A DNA stretch of 64,000 bases, taken from contig CM120640.1 of assembly GCA_051362555.1 (NCBI GenBank), forward strand, positions 48,090,788 to 48,154,787, written 5' to 3'. The notes under the pieces were generated by a model. It saw only the letters and a program-made list of their open reading frames with translations. It was not told the DNA's origin and did no database searches. The position numbers and the translations under genes were made by a program. The stretch's first letter is position 1. Every line of letters starts with the position of its first letter. Of the stretch, positions 1 to 12,951 are shown piece by piece. This DNA is from Lingula anatina (Eukaryota; Animalia; Brachiopoda).

Positions 1-304
1 GCATTTGAAAAGTGACTGATTCATTCAACACATCAAATCAATGCCATCTATAGAACAAAGCTCTCCATGCATCTTCTCTTTGTAGCCCACGCACTGAAAA
101 TAATACAAAACAGTGTCAACCGCCACTGAAAAAATAATCATTCATTATAGAATGGAAAAAAAAAACATGAACTGGGTTAATAACAGATAAACTGCTAGGT
201 CAAACTCCATGCAGAACAACATGAGGTGGAAGATATCAATTTAAAAAAATCACGCTGGCTGTGGAAGAGGTCATGCTGCTTGCCATGCTGTCACTCCTGT
301 CACC

Positions 305-1219
305 TTATTCTTCCTCCTCCTCCTCCTCCTCTTCCTCCTCTTCTTCTTCTTCATGCTGTTCCGGTTCTGGTTCCGGCTCTGGTTCTGGCTCAGGTTCTGG
401 CTCTTTTGGAGGAGACTTGGCCTTCGGTCTGGGCCGCGACCTAATGTCACTTGGATCTTGTGCCTTCTTCTTTGGATGTTTTTTAGCTAATTTTTCATTA
501 ATTTTTTTCACTTCACCTTCAGAAGGGAAAAATGTAAATTTATCTGTAGAATTAAAGGCCTTTTTGCGATCTGTGTAAGATCTGCCATCTGTATGTCGCT
601 CATATTTACTGCAAAGTTGGATCTTGGGCTAAAAATAAAAGATAAGTGAATATCATTAATAGTTTTCACACCATACCTTTGAAAACATCTTCAATTTATC
701 TGCAAAACTTCTTCGGTCCAAATTTTTCTCATACTTGCTTGCCAAAGGAACTTTGGGCTGCAAAATATTTCAGGGAGAAAACATTGCATGCATTAAAGTT
801 CACAATTCTATCAAATTTGAACTCGACTTTATAACTTTAATAAGTTTTACCAGAGTTTCAAATCCTTTGTTTAAAAACTGTAATCATTTATGCCCAATTT
901 CTAATCTGGGGATATTCAATAGATTCACATACTTACCGGGATGCCAGAGTACTTGTCAGCTAATTTATCATGCCTAGAATAAAGTTATTATATTCAAATT
1001 ATTTTATCTTACATAACCACATTTCATAAACAATGGAACATATGTTATATATTTTCAAAAATTCAAAGCAAATTAAATCTTGCTGACTATTTGATATGTA
1101 ACTGAAGGCTTTTTATATTACACATACATTGTGCTATCAGTCATAGTGAGATTCATAATGGTGTACTTTATATTTAAAAGACAAAATTGACTACAGATGT
1201 TGTCTCTTCTGTCCCACCA

Positions 1220-1252
<33 letters not shown>

Positions 1253-4200
1253 CATAAATCATATACAACAACAAATGATCCCTGACACTAATGCTACTTC
1301 TGCAACATGCAATGTTATATATAAACTACACAAAGGGCGACTGCAAAGACTGGGCTGTACTGCTGTGCATTCCATGCATTAACAAGTCACACAGACTTCT
1401 GAGGCCTGGGGTGCAAAATGGGAAAACAAATGCTGACAGTGGTACAGAAAATGCAGTCCACTCTAGTTAAAAACACTAGCAGATCTAAGATTTTACAGGG
1501 TGTGGGTATGTGTATGTGTGTGCATGTGGGGGTGGGAGGGGGGTGGGGGTTGGAGTGGGGGACAGATAGCAAGCATGGTCTCACATTTACATTTCTAAAT
1601 ACTATAATACTAGTGGTGAACCAAAATATAAATGACACAAATTCATATTACAATGTCATGCAAACTGAACAGATTTCAATATAGGTTTATCAAGGTATGA
1701 ACTAAGGTTGCTGATGTCAAACACAAGAATGCAAATGTTGCAAGTTTTGGTGGTGAAACTGATGAGCAGAGACATATAGTACAGAAATAATTTTTAGATG
1801 GTGCAGTGTATTTACTCAAAGTGTTTTAGAGTGGTGTATGTGAAAACACAGGAGAAGTAATGAGGAGGGGAGGGGCTGTGATGAGATTGAGGATGAAAAA
1901 CCAGTGGAACACTTTGTTGCAGCAGTGGGGACAGTGCATGCTGAAGGTGGGGTACAAACTAGTTCACAATCCAACTATCTACATTTTTGAGAGGGTCTTT
2001 AAAGGAACAGTTCCCCAAAACACAATATGAGGGCATAGTCAGACAGGTTTTCAACTTATACCATATCAGAATTTAAAACACAACACCAAATTACCATGGG
2101 TTCTATCATTGGGCACTCTCAATACATACTTCTGGTGGTGTGTTTCATACTTTAAAATGGTTTAAATTCAAAACATGTCTTAATGGTGACTTTGGTGCAG
2201 TTAGGTCAACTTGGCCTAGTCTCACAACATGGAGGAGGGAGAGGTGGTCATGCATGCCTACTTACTCAGTCTGGACAGCACCCTTCTTTTTCCTATAAAA
2301 TATAGTTTAGTTAATAAATTAGTAAATGTACATTAATTGTTCTAGTAGATTAGATTAGATAATGACAGTCCTGACTAGGATCATCTCAATCCATAAGTGC
2401 CAGAACAGTCTGCTCTTTACAAAGCCTGACAGCCTCAAGTAACATAAGCCCAATCTGACGCCCAGTAAGTGATATATCTTCACAGGCAATCTCAGTTGCC
2501 ACTCAATGTTGAACCTCTTCTGAGATTCAACATGCAAGCCAAGGTGTCAGACAATGTAAATACTGCCAGGAAAATGTCTATCAGCCCTAAGAGCTGGGTT
2601 CTTGTCAGGGACTCACACTATTCCCCTGGGAATCACCCTGACACTCACGGGTTGGTGGGGGCTCTTCTGGTCTTCTCCACTAACATGCAAACAAGGACAC
2701 AATAAAAGACTTGTATATGTGAAGTGCAAGAAACAAGGTACTGGACTAGTTTTAGCACTTTTTTCTGATGTATTCAAGTGATAACATCAGTCACCTAATT
2801 CTCTGAGCCAAATCAATGAATTCTTGTCATTATCCCAACAAAATTATTTTCACCATGTAAATGGAAGAAAATGATATATTACTGTGCCTATAGATGCACA
2901 TGTAGGAACTTTTGTAAGCAACAGAATATAAAAAATGTTTAGCCATAAACTATGAAAAATATTGTTCTGTGTCACAAAATTTGTGGAATTATCTTATGAA
3001 AATTTACTTTACATGTTGATTCAGCTGGCTGTTATAGTATTAAAGAAAATGAATCTAGGATATCTTAAACAAACAATATAATGACTTAAATGCTCTCTTC
3101 AAGAAAAGTTGACTTATTCCTCTCTATTCTGGTTGTTTATGGGCAACAGCTTGTCAAACTGAATGCTTTCATCTAGTTTCAAAACAATCTTCAAAGAAAT
3201 CTAGCTGTTCATCACATCAATGAGAGGAAAATACTAGAAGCACCATATGAAGTCAATGGTGACAGTGATTTATGACCTTAATTGATATACATGTTTTTAA
3301 CAAACAAAATGCAATAAATTCATTCATCTTCAAATTATTGCTTATCTTCTTCCTTTTTAAATATTTAAAACAAAAAAAAATTGCTGTAAATTCCTTATCA
3401 AGATAGCCATTATAAGGAATCAGCTGTCTCACTTAACACAAATAAAACATTATCTATATATTCGTAATGTTCCCTAAGGAATCTTTCAGCAGGCATAATG
3501 TAATGAAACAAGTGATCTCACCCCTTGTTCATCTGTCTGGCTCTTTCTGCAAGCTCCATCATCTGGAATTAATAACAAAAATCTTAGTAATGAATACCAC
3601 AATGAAATATGCATAGAATTCTGCAGGTAAACACCTTGCAAGCTCCATCTTACTGCATATACAGAACACCTACTGGTTTCCTTATTTCAAGCCCCTTTTC
3701 ATTAGATGATGTTGCCTGGCGTTAAAAAGATCATGTCAAAAATTTAACTCTTCACGTTTCAAAAAACTCTTTTCCAAAGAGATTCAGCTCTTATCTATTA
3801 AACTGCATTAAAAAGGGTGATGAGATGATTCAGAATTTAATGCTTGATCAAGGTTCTTCAATTTTTTATAATTTCTCATAGACCACCATCAAATAGTATG
3901 CCCAAAAGACAAGATAAAAAAAAAAAACTTTAAAAAACATAGAGATTAATGCTTGATGTATCATAATTGATCTTCATATGATATCATCAACACAAACAAT
4001 CTCCAGTTCGACCCTGTCTCTACTCACATCATACTGTTGCCTCTTGAAGCGCTCTTCCAGATCATATTTTTCACTTTCCAAGTTGTAAATCTTCTGGTGG
4101 ATTTCCTTGGCTTTGGCAATCAACTGCTCAATATTCAAGGATTCAATGGACAGAGGCTCAATTCTCTGTTTGAGAATAGCTCTCTTTTCCTCCTCCAACT

Positions 4201-7200
4201 GTTCCTTGGACTTGGACATGTCCTCTTTCGCCCGGACCACATTTCCCATCTGAAATAACACAAACATTGTGAGGTTCATATGTATCTTCTATTGACTATT
4301 TCTTTTTTCTTACAAGCACAAGACAATTAGCCGAATTTTTTTTCAATCATTTAAGTGCAAATAAATTATTTACCCATGTGTTTAAAAATAAAAATACAAA
4401 CAAAATCTTAGAGAACCTTGCAAGATTGTATGACTACACAAAAACTTGAACATTTTTTATTACTCATGGCAAAATTTATAAATGCAAGTGATCAAAGCTT
4501 GAGTGCTGAAATTTAAATGCAGTATCATGTAATTGTTTAATTTTTTTATGATCATCTAATATCTGAACCAATTTAGGACTTAAATATATCAAAATATATG
4601 CTACTGTTGTATTTATCCATATAAATGTCACTGTCAAAGATATGTTTCCAGATTTGTAAAGACTCTTTAAATAATTTCTTCAAAACAGTTTTCAAAATCA
4701 ACCTCTTCTTTATACATTTAACCCTATCGAAACGTAGAGTACAAACATTCTAGGAGCAAAATTTATGAACATTTCTTTAAACTTTTGAATATTTTTTCAC
4801 TTTCCCCTTTTTTCATGTATTTAGTAAGTAACAGGTTCTTTAAAAAATACCAGAGCTGACATGCTACAAGAAAGTTAAAAAAAATTCACCATCCTTGAAC
4901 AAGGATATGTCAATCATGCACATCCAGGTAGCTTCATTAAGCAGCCAATAATAGGCCCTCTGATTGGCAAAACATTCATGTTCTAAGCCTGGCTGGGAAT
5001 ATATTGGGGCAGATCCAGGGCAAGGTAACATAACACTTCACCCCATCTACCATTATAAACAATCTGGATCTTTAGTTTAACAACATTAAGTTGCTGGAGT
5101 TAAAATATACTGTGTAGAAATTTCTCTATATTTTCTTCTATTAAAACAAAATCTGACCATCAAAAGGGGTGAATAGGCCAATAACTACTTTATCTACAGC
5201 TAGCTATCTTGAGGAGAAGCAATATTACTACACCTGTCTGACGACCTCCATATTTGGTGGCGGCTGGAAATAGCCAAGTTTCCTACAGGCACAGGTACCC
5301 AACACACAACTGATGCCCAGCAGAGTACACACAAATTTATAATGCTGTTTTACTCTAAAATTCCTTAATACTTATATCAAAACCACATTTGAAGAAAAAA
5401 GTAAAAGTCAAGGAAAGAATCTGACCTTTGGGTACCCCCCATCTTCCCCACTTAACTTGTGTGCCAAAAATGGTAATCAGTATGAAGCTGGCAAGTGCAA
5501 TTCTGCTTTTCAGGGGAGGAAGGTCTTGGGTTGTTTCTTAACCTGGTAACTGCCTGCTAGATGTGTTTTCACATATATTTTTGAGGATATAATTCCATTA
5601 ACAATGTTTAAATGATTCTTAAATATAACCATTTATGTTACCATTATTTCAACCTAAGTCTCTAAAATGTGTTAATTAATCATAAAAGAGTTAAGGAAAA
5701 ACACCCCTACTGTTCTTTCTGGCATTCTGGTTTTGATAAAAACTATACGTATGACCTAAATAAGCCCTGACAAAACACACTCATATTTGAACGATTAAAT
5801 ATTCAAAAGAGCAATCAAATATCATAACAAGCGTGTCACTGGGTGCATAATTACTACCAGAAAACTACTACAGCTATATTAAACACATACCTTAGCTTCC
5901 AGAGACATCTTGCTGGAAGTGTGTGTAACTCAAAACTAGAACTGCCTGTATACTTAAAGTAATGACTTAAAATCCTGATGATAGTGAATTGGAAGCCCAA
6001 GTCCTCGAAATGAACAGTGTGATCTTTATGTATACACAGTCAGGCTGCACCCCAGGTTAGGATATCTAAGATCCCAAATGCACAGCAGAAATTTAATGTT
6101 TTTTTAGGTATAGTCAGGAGGCGTAAACTATGATGTCAGATTAAGTTTTATGGCCTAAATATATAAGGTAAAGGCTGATAAGGAGAATACCACAGTAAGG
6201 TTGTATGTGATTCCTGTATATGTGTCATGGGGGGTGGAGGGGGTGGGGGGGGGGGGGGAGAGTTGTAGGTGTTCAACTAATCTTATCTCATTTCAAAAAA
6301 TTCCAACAAGATATTTTCAGTTTAAATAGGCAATGAAACATTGTGACCAACCAATATATCTTATAGTCAAATTTGATATTTACTATAACTATTTCCTAAT
6401 CTAATTCATAGAGAGTTAACAGCATCCAAAGGACCCTAGTTAGCATGCCTCTACATTTCACAAAACATAAGAGCATAAAAATCATTTTCACAGAGTAAAT
6501 GGATCAATTAATATATCACGCACTAATGGTTGCAGTATCTGAAAAGTAAAGTATGATATCAGTGCAGAACTTCTCCTGCTGTAGGCATTCCTGGAGGATC
6601 ACATGGTTCTGGACTACCTGGATTAGCACAGGAAACTTGATCAGGTGGAGGGTTGCCTCACAGATGTGAGGAGCCATCAGTTTCTGACAACCTGTAAGCT
6701 GTACACAGCCCCTTTCATCATTTTATCATTTACTTCTGCCCTTGTCAATGCATCACAAAGAAATAAATTCTGAATAATCCAATACTGCACTAGGAGGAGC
6801 TTGTTTAATAAGTGATAGTGGCTGAAATATTTTCGCTGCAGAAAATAATAAAAGACATCAGTCAATTTCCTGTTAATTATAGTAACTTGTGTTCAGAAAT
6901 TAGACACTTCTGTTCAACAATTTGTTTATATCTCTTCCATCCACAAATTCCATGCTGCACAGTTCTTTTCTGTTGTGATAGCTGATGATGATCTTTCCTC
7001 ACTTTTTAAGGAAAATTTAAGGTGAAAGGTTAGCTGCTCCAAAATCTTCATGAATCCTCAAAAACCATATGGCATATTACTTCTGATTAAACCAAAGGCT
7101 AATTTCTGTTGCATCATTCTTGTTTCTGAATAACTAATATATACAAGATAATGAAAGGAAAAAAATGACACTTTCTTGTGTATTTCTAGCAAGACAAAGC

Positions 7201-10200
7201 TGCAAGTGATTCTATATGGAGAAAAAGAACAATACAGAAAAAAATCATTCAGATGAAAAAGAGCACCAATATGATTCCTTCAGCAATTACTTCAAAATTG
7301 GTAAATCCATATCAACTTTGTCTCAACAAAAAAGTTTTCAGAAACACACCACAAAAACATTCAAAAGGTTTTTTAGTCTTTGAATGAAACCCTTAAACAA
7401 GGATTTTAAAAAATGAAAATACAAAAAGAACTTACGAGTTCCGCCATGATTCTGCCTGCCTACAGAACTGATTCCAGACAAACTCACAATCCAGAGGCAA
7501 CTTGCAAAATGGCTCAGCCCTCAGCTGATGTTTCTGTTTGTTTCGACTAATTTGTCATCCAATCATAAATTACAACTTGTTTGATGTTAATGTTATCATT
7601 GTAACCAGAACAGGGACTTACTACCTGTTAATTCTAGCCAAAGACATGTATAAGAAAAATAATTAAAGAAATACAGAGTCTGGGCTAATTTATTTAACTT
7701 AATAACCACTCTGGGGCATATGCAAGTTTAGTTTTCAAGAGATATAAGATGCCAGCAGACCTTTCAGACAACTACAAGGATATACCCCTCCTTCCTATAT
7801 TAAATTCCCTGCCATTAATCTTTGTGCTCTCTTCTGTTTGGGGCTCCATAAGATGCCATGTGTAAGGACCCCCTTTCTTTTCACCAAACTGATCAATTTT
7901 ATATCAGGTTCAAACTGAAGCCTTGTAAGGGTTAATTCAATTATCGCTACTAACATATTTATTCCTTCGCAATATTTTTTCTTTCTCAATTTTTTTCCAC
8001 ACAAAAAAAAAGAAACATTTTGTTTTTTGGTAAAACAAAAACATTGCAGACTAAAATCATCTTCTGCCCCCTCTTGATAGTCTCTTCCCCTTAATCTGTA
8101 TTCAGTCTGTTTATCCACACCCTGGCGGTAAAAGGTTCTTAATTCTCTGCCAAATGGGCATTACTGGGAACTCCTTGGAATATAAACTATGCTAACTTAA
8201 AGAAAATAAGAGCCAACACAGTGAAAATGTTTTACAAATAGAAGATCCAAAATTGTGAATGTGCAATAATTTATAACTGATGGAGGACAAAAATAATAAT
8301 AATTATTATTATTATAATGCAGAGATATATGCTAAACCTTTTATATCTTGAATATTCCTTCAGAAAAGTTTAAGACATAGTTTACTCTCACAACAAAAAA
8401 AAAAGAGAACAGATAACCCTTTAGTTTCTATCCCTAAAAACTACTGACAGAAGCATAAAGTCTTCACATTGTGTACAAGTTAACAACCTCCAGCAGGTGT
8501 CTAATCATAAATATAACCAGTACCTGTAAGCTTACGCAACTGTTCCCACTAAGCACAGAAAGATATAATAAATAATGAATTGGAATTTATCATTTATGTA
8601 AATACTGTTGATTTTGTAGTACTCAAAGGTGGCAGTCTAAATCACTGAAAGAAACTATAAATGTATTCTAGTTCTGACATTTTACATTTTTTCAAGTACA
8701 AAAAAGCATGGGAGGCAATGTGAAACAGCATCTTTTATTAATTTTCTTGAGGGAGCCAAAATCACAAGACTAACGGTATAGCAGCTTACCAAAATTCTCT
8801 CTCAAAATTCCCACAAGTGTTTGCAAAAATGATTAATTGTGCTAGAGAAGATAAGTTGATTGGTTCAGACAACTGGTGGAGAAACATGCTTCACACTGTG
8901 GTTGATGAGACAAAGTGATTGTAGAAACACAATTGAATATGAATTAAATATGAGATCTGGCATGGGAATAATTAAGACTCGACCTGTCCAATACAGCCAG
9001 TCAATTTGCAATTAACTCCCTTCTGGTAAAAAGCAATATGACTTGCAACCATAAATCAAAATTCACAGATTAACCCTCACATACAGTCTGTATAAATAAA
9101 ATTTTTGCAGTGAATCTCTCTCCTAAAAAGATATATTTTGTCCATCTTTTACATCGCTTATATGCCTTACAATGTGTTATTTCTCCTGGAGTGACGGTTC
9201 TCCTCATAGCTGTGGATTTTGGCAATTTCCAAGGGTGTCTAGGGATTGTGGACACTTTTGGAATAATATGCAGCATTTTGAATTGGAAAAAATACTTATG
9301 TTATCCCACAGTAAATCTATTCCTTCCACGTAAACTTAGGGAAGAATTGGGGGGGGGGAATACATATTCAAATAATACCATTTACTCACATCATCACTTT
9401 CATCATGATTCTCACTAGTAGATCGTCTATTGATGATAAAGTTTGGTTTGTTGACCATTTCTTCAGCTTCCATTTTCCTTTTTTCTTCTGCCTGGCGTCG
9501 TCTCTCCATTTCTTCCCTTTTGATTCTTCTTCTTTCCTCCTTAAAATAAAAGGTATATTGCTGAAGAGGTGGAAAGATTGGCCAACATTTATTTAAATAT
9601 AGTCAAGATGTGGTCATACTTATTATATAATGTTATGCTGTATAAGAACAGCTTACACCAATGCACTGAACCCAATGTTAACATGTTAACCCAATTCTAG
9701 CACAATATTTATTTTGAGGTCACTTTTGTAAATATTTTTCAAGCAGAAGCATCAGAAAAACAGCCCTAACTGTAACATGTCTGGCTAATTTACAAATACA
9801 TCTATAAATGTAAAAGGCCTATAGGTAAAGAATTTGTCTCTGTCTGAAATATTTCTGTTGGCTCAAAATGACATGAGACGAGTCTGGTGAATGACATACA
9901 GTCTAAAAAACACACACATTTTATGAAAGCTTGTACATGAATGACATACAGTCTAAAGAACACACACATTTCATGAAAGCTTGTTTTTTCTTACATGGTT
10001 GCCTAGACTAGATTAAATATGTTTTTCAAATGATGCATTTGGAAAAAAAGATGAATCATATGATAACCTCAACACACCTCCTCTTCCCTCCTCTTTCTTT
10101 CTTCTGCCTTTTTTTTCTCTGCCAGTCTTTTTTCTTCTTCTGCTCGTTCTTGTTTGCGACGTTCCTTAAAAGGAAAAGAAATCAAAGCTCAATAAAGTAG

Positions 10201-12951
10201 CCAAATGTTCAACCAGATTTATTCAATGAAAATAAGTATTTACAAAAAAATCTTTATCCATGCAATTTATATTCACCCTTTTTTATCTCTACATCCAAAG
10301 ATTTTCCACTAAGAGAAAGGCCTCCATTGGGCATGTCAATATTTGGAAGTACAGTAAAATGTATCTTTAAATTTAAAACAACAGTTTCTCCAAAAAAAAA
10401 AAAAAAAAAATAGATAAATAAATAAATAAAAATAAAAAATAAATAAATAAAATAAAATAAAACTCTTGTGTTCAGAAAGATCTAAGCCACCACTCAACTC
10501 ACCTGTCTTTCCCTTAATTCTCTCAGGTCTGCCTCACATTTCTGCATCTCCAATCTGTTGAGTTCCTCTGTTTCAGCCAAACATCTTAGATCTTCCTCCT
10601 CTCTCTTGCGTCTTGTTTCCTATGTAACAATTCAAATGAATAAAAATTACTTTATTATAAACTCATGAAAAAAAAATGTAAAATTAATGTTTGATAATCA
10701 TCATTTTTTCACATCTTCAATTTAGAAAGTTTTCACTAGCTTCACAAGCAGTGTTTAAAAAGTTCTTACCACTGATACCTACCTCTATCAACTTTTCTGC
10801 CTCCCATTTCTGCTCTTCTTCATTGGGCTCAGAAGATCTGAATAATTCAATTTTGTTCATATTAATTTTGGGTATTTGTTAAAACTATCCTGGCACATGC
10901 AAATTTTGACCATTGCTAAAGATGATTTTGCTTTAACTGAAAAAAAGTGATAATAACATCTGATTTGATTTTCAAATGTATCGATGATTCGATGAAATAT
11001 AAATAAGTGGACAAGAATGAAATCATTTATAAATCCAAATATCTTATAAAAGATGTATATGCTTTCTGAATACAAAACCTGGAACAAATCTTTTATTTGT
11101 TGCATAACAAGCTATGGTTTGAATAAATATTACAAAACAGAAGACCCTAAAAAATTCAAAATATATCATAAATGCTTGCATGAAATAGATGTAGCATCAT
11201 TATATGATATCATGGAATGTATTCTTAGTAAAAATATTTTGAGATGTATATTTTCACAAAACACACACACATGCACGTACACACAAGTAAGTGATATTTT
11301 CCAAAACCAAATATCATTCATCTTGCTTGCTTTCATTTCTTATATACAAGTACTGATATCTGGAGAGGGGAAAACAAACAACAAGATGTGTAATTATTAT
11401 TGACAAAACTGAATAAAAAAGATCAACTAAAAGGGTGCAGATAATAGCAAACTTAATTCATTGAAGTGACTGGAATGTGCTTCCTTGAAGTTGTTTATCA
11501 TCACTAGCCCAGATCCGTGTGGTTTCCAGTGTTAACATGAGTGAACAAAGGGGCTTGTGGTATTTTGTTACAAGCATGCAAGGCTATTTTGCATTTCATT
11601 TAAACACTTGTCTTTTCAAACAAAAATACATAATATGGTTCTGACCATAAATGAAATACAACAATTAACAACACATACATGCAAATGTCCTTTGGTTAAA
11701 ACGCAATGTTATGTTGTATCATAAGATCCTTGCAGGCACTACTACTCTGAAAGAGGGGGAAAAAAATGCACAAACACAGTGCAACAAACATGCCTTCAAA
11801 CTAACAAACCTGTATCTGCTTCATCTGCTGTCCTTAATAACATCTGTACAAATGTTCAAGGCAGAAAAGAAAAGTTTGAGACAAAAGGAAACTTTGGGAT
11901 GGGTGAGAAATAAACGTGAATGAGCATTTTTAATAAACTTTTCGAAATTATTAGTGAAATATTACATTTCTGTCAAAGTATCTTTTGAAAAAAGTTTCCC
12001 TTATAGAAGTATAATGAAAGTATTTTTTCTTGTCTTATTAGCAATGATAAAAACTCAAAAACTCAAAATTGTTCCTTACATAATCTTTACATATTCTGGG
12101 AAAACAAGATGCAATGTAATTCTCAACTACTATATCAAAGACAAAAAGTGTCCACAAACAGTAATAGGATAAAAAATTTTCCCTCTTTATGAAAAAACAA
12201 AACAAACACTAAAAAATTTAGACAAAAACCCTCACTAACCTGCTTCGGACACTCCTTCTTGGTGAGTGATCTCTGAAAAAAACAGTCAGGTAGAGAGAGG
12301 AGAATTAATTAGTTTAGGAAAACGGTTAATCTGAGCTCTGAACTCACAAACAAAGCTCTTTTATCAAGCAGGAAAATGACATGCAGAATGACATTTGAAA
12401 ATTTGAATATTAAAAGATGAGAAGAAATATTCTCAATTTAGTGATTGTATCAAAGTTTACAGTGAGTTATCATTTGTCAATGTCCAAAGTCTTAATAGTG
12501 CTTTAATCACAAGAGTCCTTTAAAAACAACATATAATATTAGCAAGAGATGACATACAGAACAGAGAGTGGGATCAGTACAAAAATGTTTTATTATCATA
12601 GAACTAATTTTAATAACGAAATGCACTAACAGATATTCACAATGCAATACAATACAATACAATACAATACAATACAATACAGTACAGTACAATACACTAG
12701 TAGTGGGACACAACAACACCAAATAATCACATTTGCAAAAACATTGGTAGGTGGTAAAAAATATTTTAAAAGACATCACAAGAAGCATACACAGGTGTCA
12801 ATTTATTAGTGAAAATAGGATTGAAGATAAATATGCAAACCATGGCATCAACACAATCTAGGTTCTTTTTAGCTTCGTTTTCAAACTCCACTTACTCCTC
12901 ATGTCCAGGGGAAGACACATGGCGAAGATTTTTCTTCCATTCATCTGCCAT
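305..12951 (-). CDS. TnT: Troponin T, invertebrate type, ~385 aa, 13 coding exons, (EP)n plus poly-Glu C-terminal tail
   Basis: Phase-consistent GT-AG exons: 12951-12896 MADEWKKNLRHVSSPGHE; 12272-12240; 10837-10783; 10619-10503 ..DLRELRERQ; 10164-10078 ERRKQERAEEEKRL; 9539-9416 ..KPNFIINRRST; 8548-8536; 5912-5891; 4249-4028 MGNVVRAKEDMSKSKEQLEEEKRAILKQRIEPL..EKYDLEERFKRQQYD; 3562-3522 MMELAERARQMNKG; 2292-2266; 973-937 HDKLADKYSGIP; 628-305 PKIQLCSKYERHTDGRSY..EPEPE..EEEE*. Total 1158 nt. Motifs match molluscan TnT as recalled. The two linker micro-exons are the least certain. Confidence 0.95.
1222..1250. repeat. (GT)n microsatellite in a TnT intron
   Basis: Uninterrupted gt run. Confidence 0.95.
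7436..7459 (-). CDS. TnT: Candidate 24-nt TnT cassette exon (phase 2-2, QAESWRNS) or alternative start exon (MAEL)
   Basis: ttctgtag|GCAGGCAGAATCATGGCGGAACTC|gtaagt; open in the frame linking the 13-nt and 22-nt micro-exons. Confidence 0.45.
9888..9984. repeat. Tandem duplication, 50-bp period, two copies
   Basis: tgaatgacatacagtctaaa(a/g)aacacacacattt(t/c)atgaaagcttgt at 9888 and 9938. Confidence 0.9.
12645..12696. repeat. (AATAC)n/(AGTAC)n pentanucleotide microsatellite
   Basis: Direct reading; it produces the spurious VLYCIVLYC ORF. Confidence 0.9.

Noticed and set aside
226-578. Plus-strand poly-Pro/poly-Ser/GS ORFs
   Set aside because: Antisense shadows of the TnT EP/poly-Glu exon
1585-1594. 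10-nt micro-exon-like segment in a TnT intron
   Set aside because: The flanking exons already join in phase 2; inclusion would frameshift unless it replaced the conserved 37-nt exon
3637-3649. 13-nt intronic copy (tgcaagctccatc) of part of the MMELAER exon
   Set aside because: Too short and starts with an in-frame TAA after the nearest AG; not a viable duplicate exon
11810-11832. Apparent 23-nt TnT exon (TADEADT)
   Set aside because: Breaks the phase-2 frame between 12240 and 10837 and lacks a pyrimidine tract
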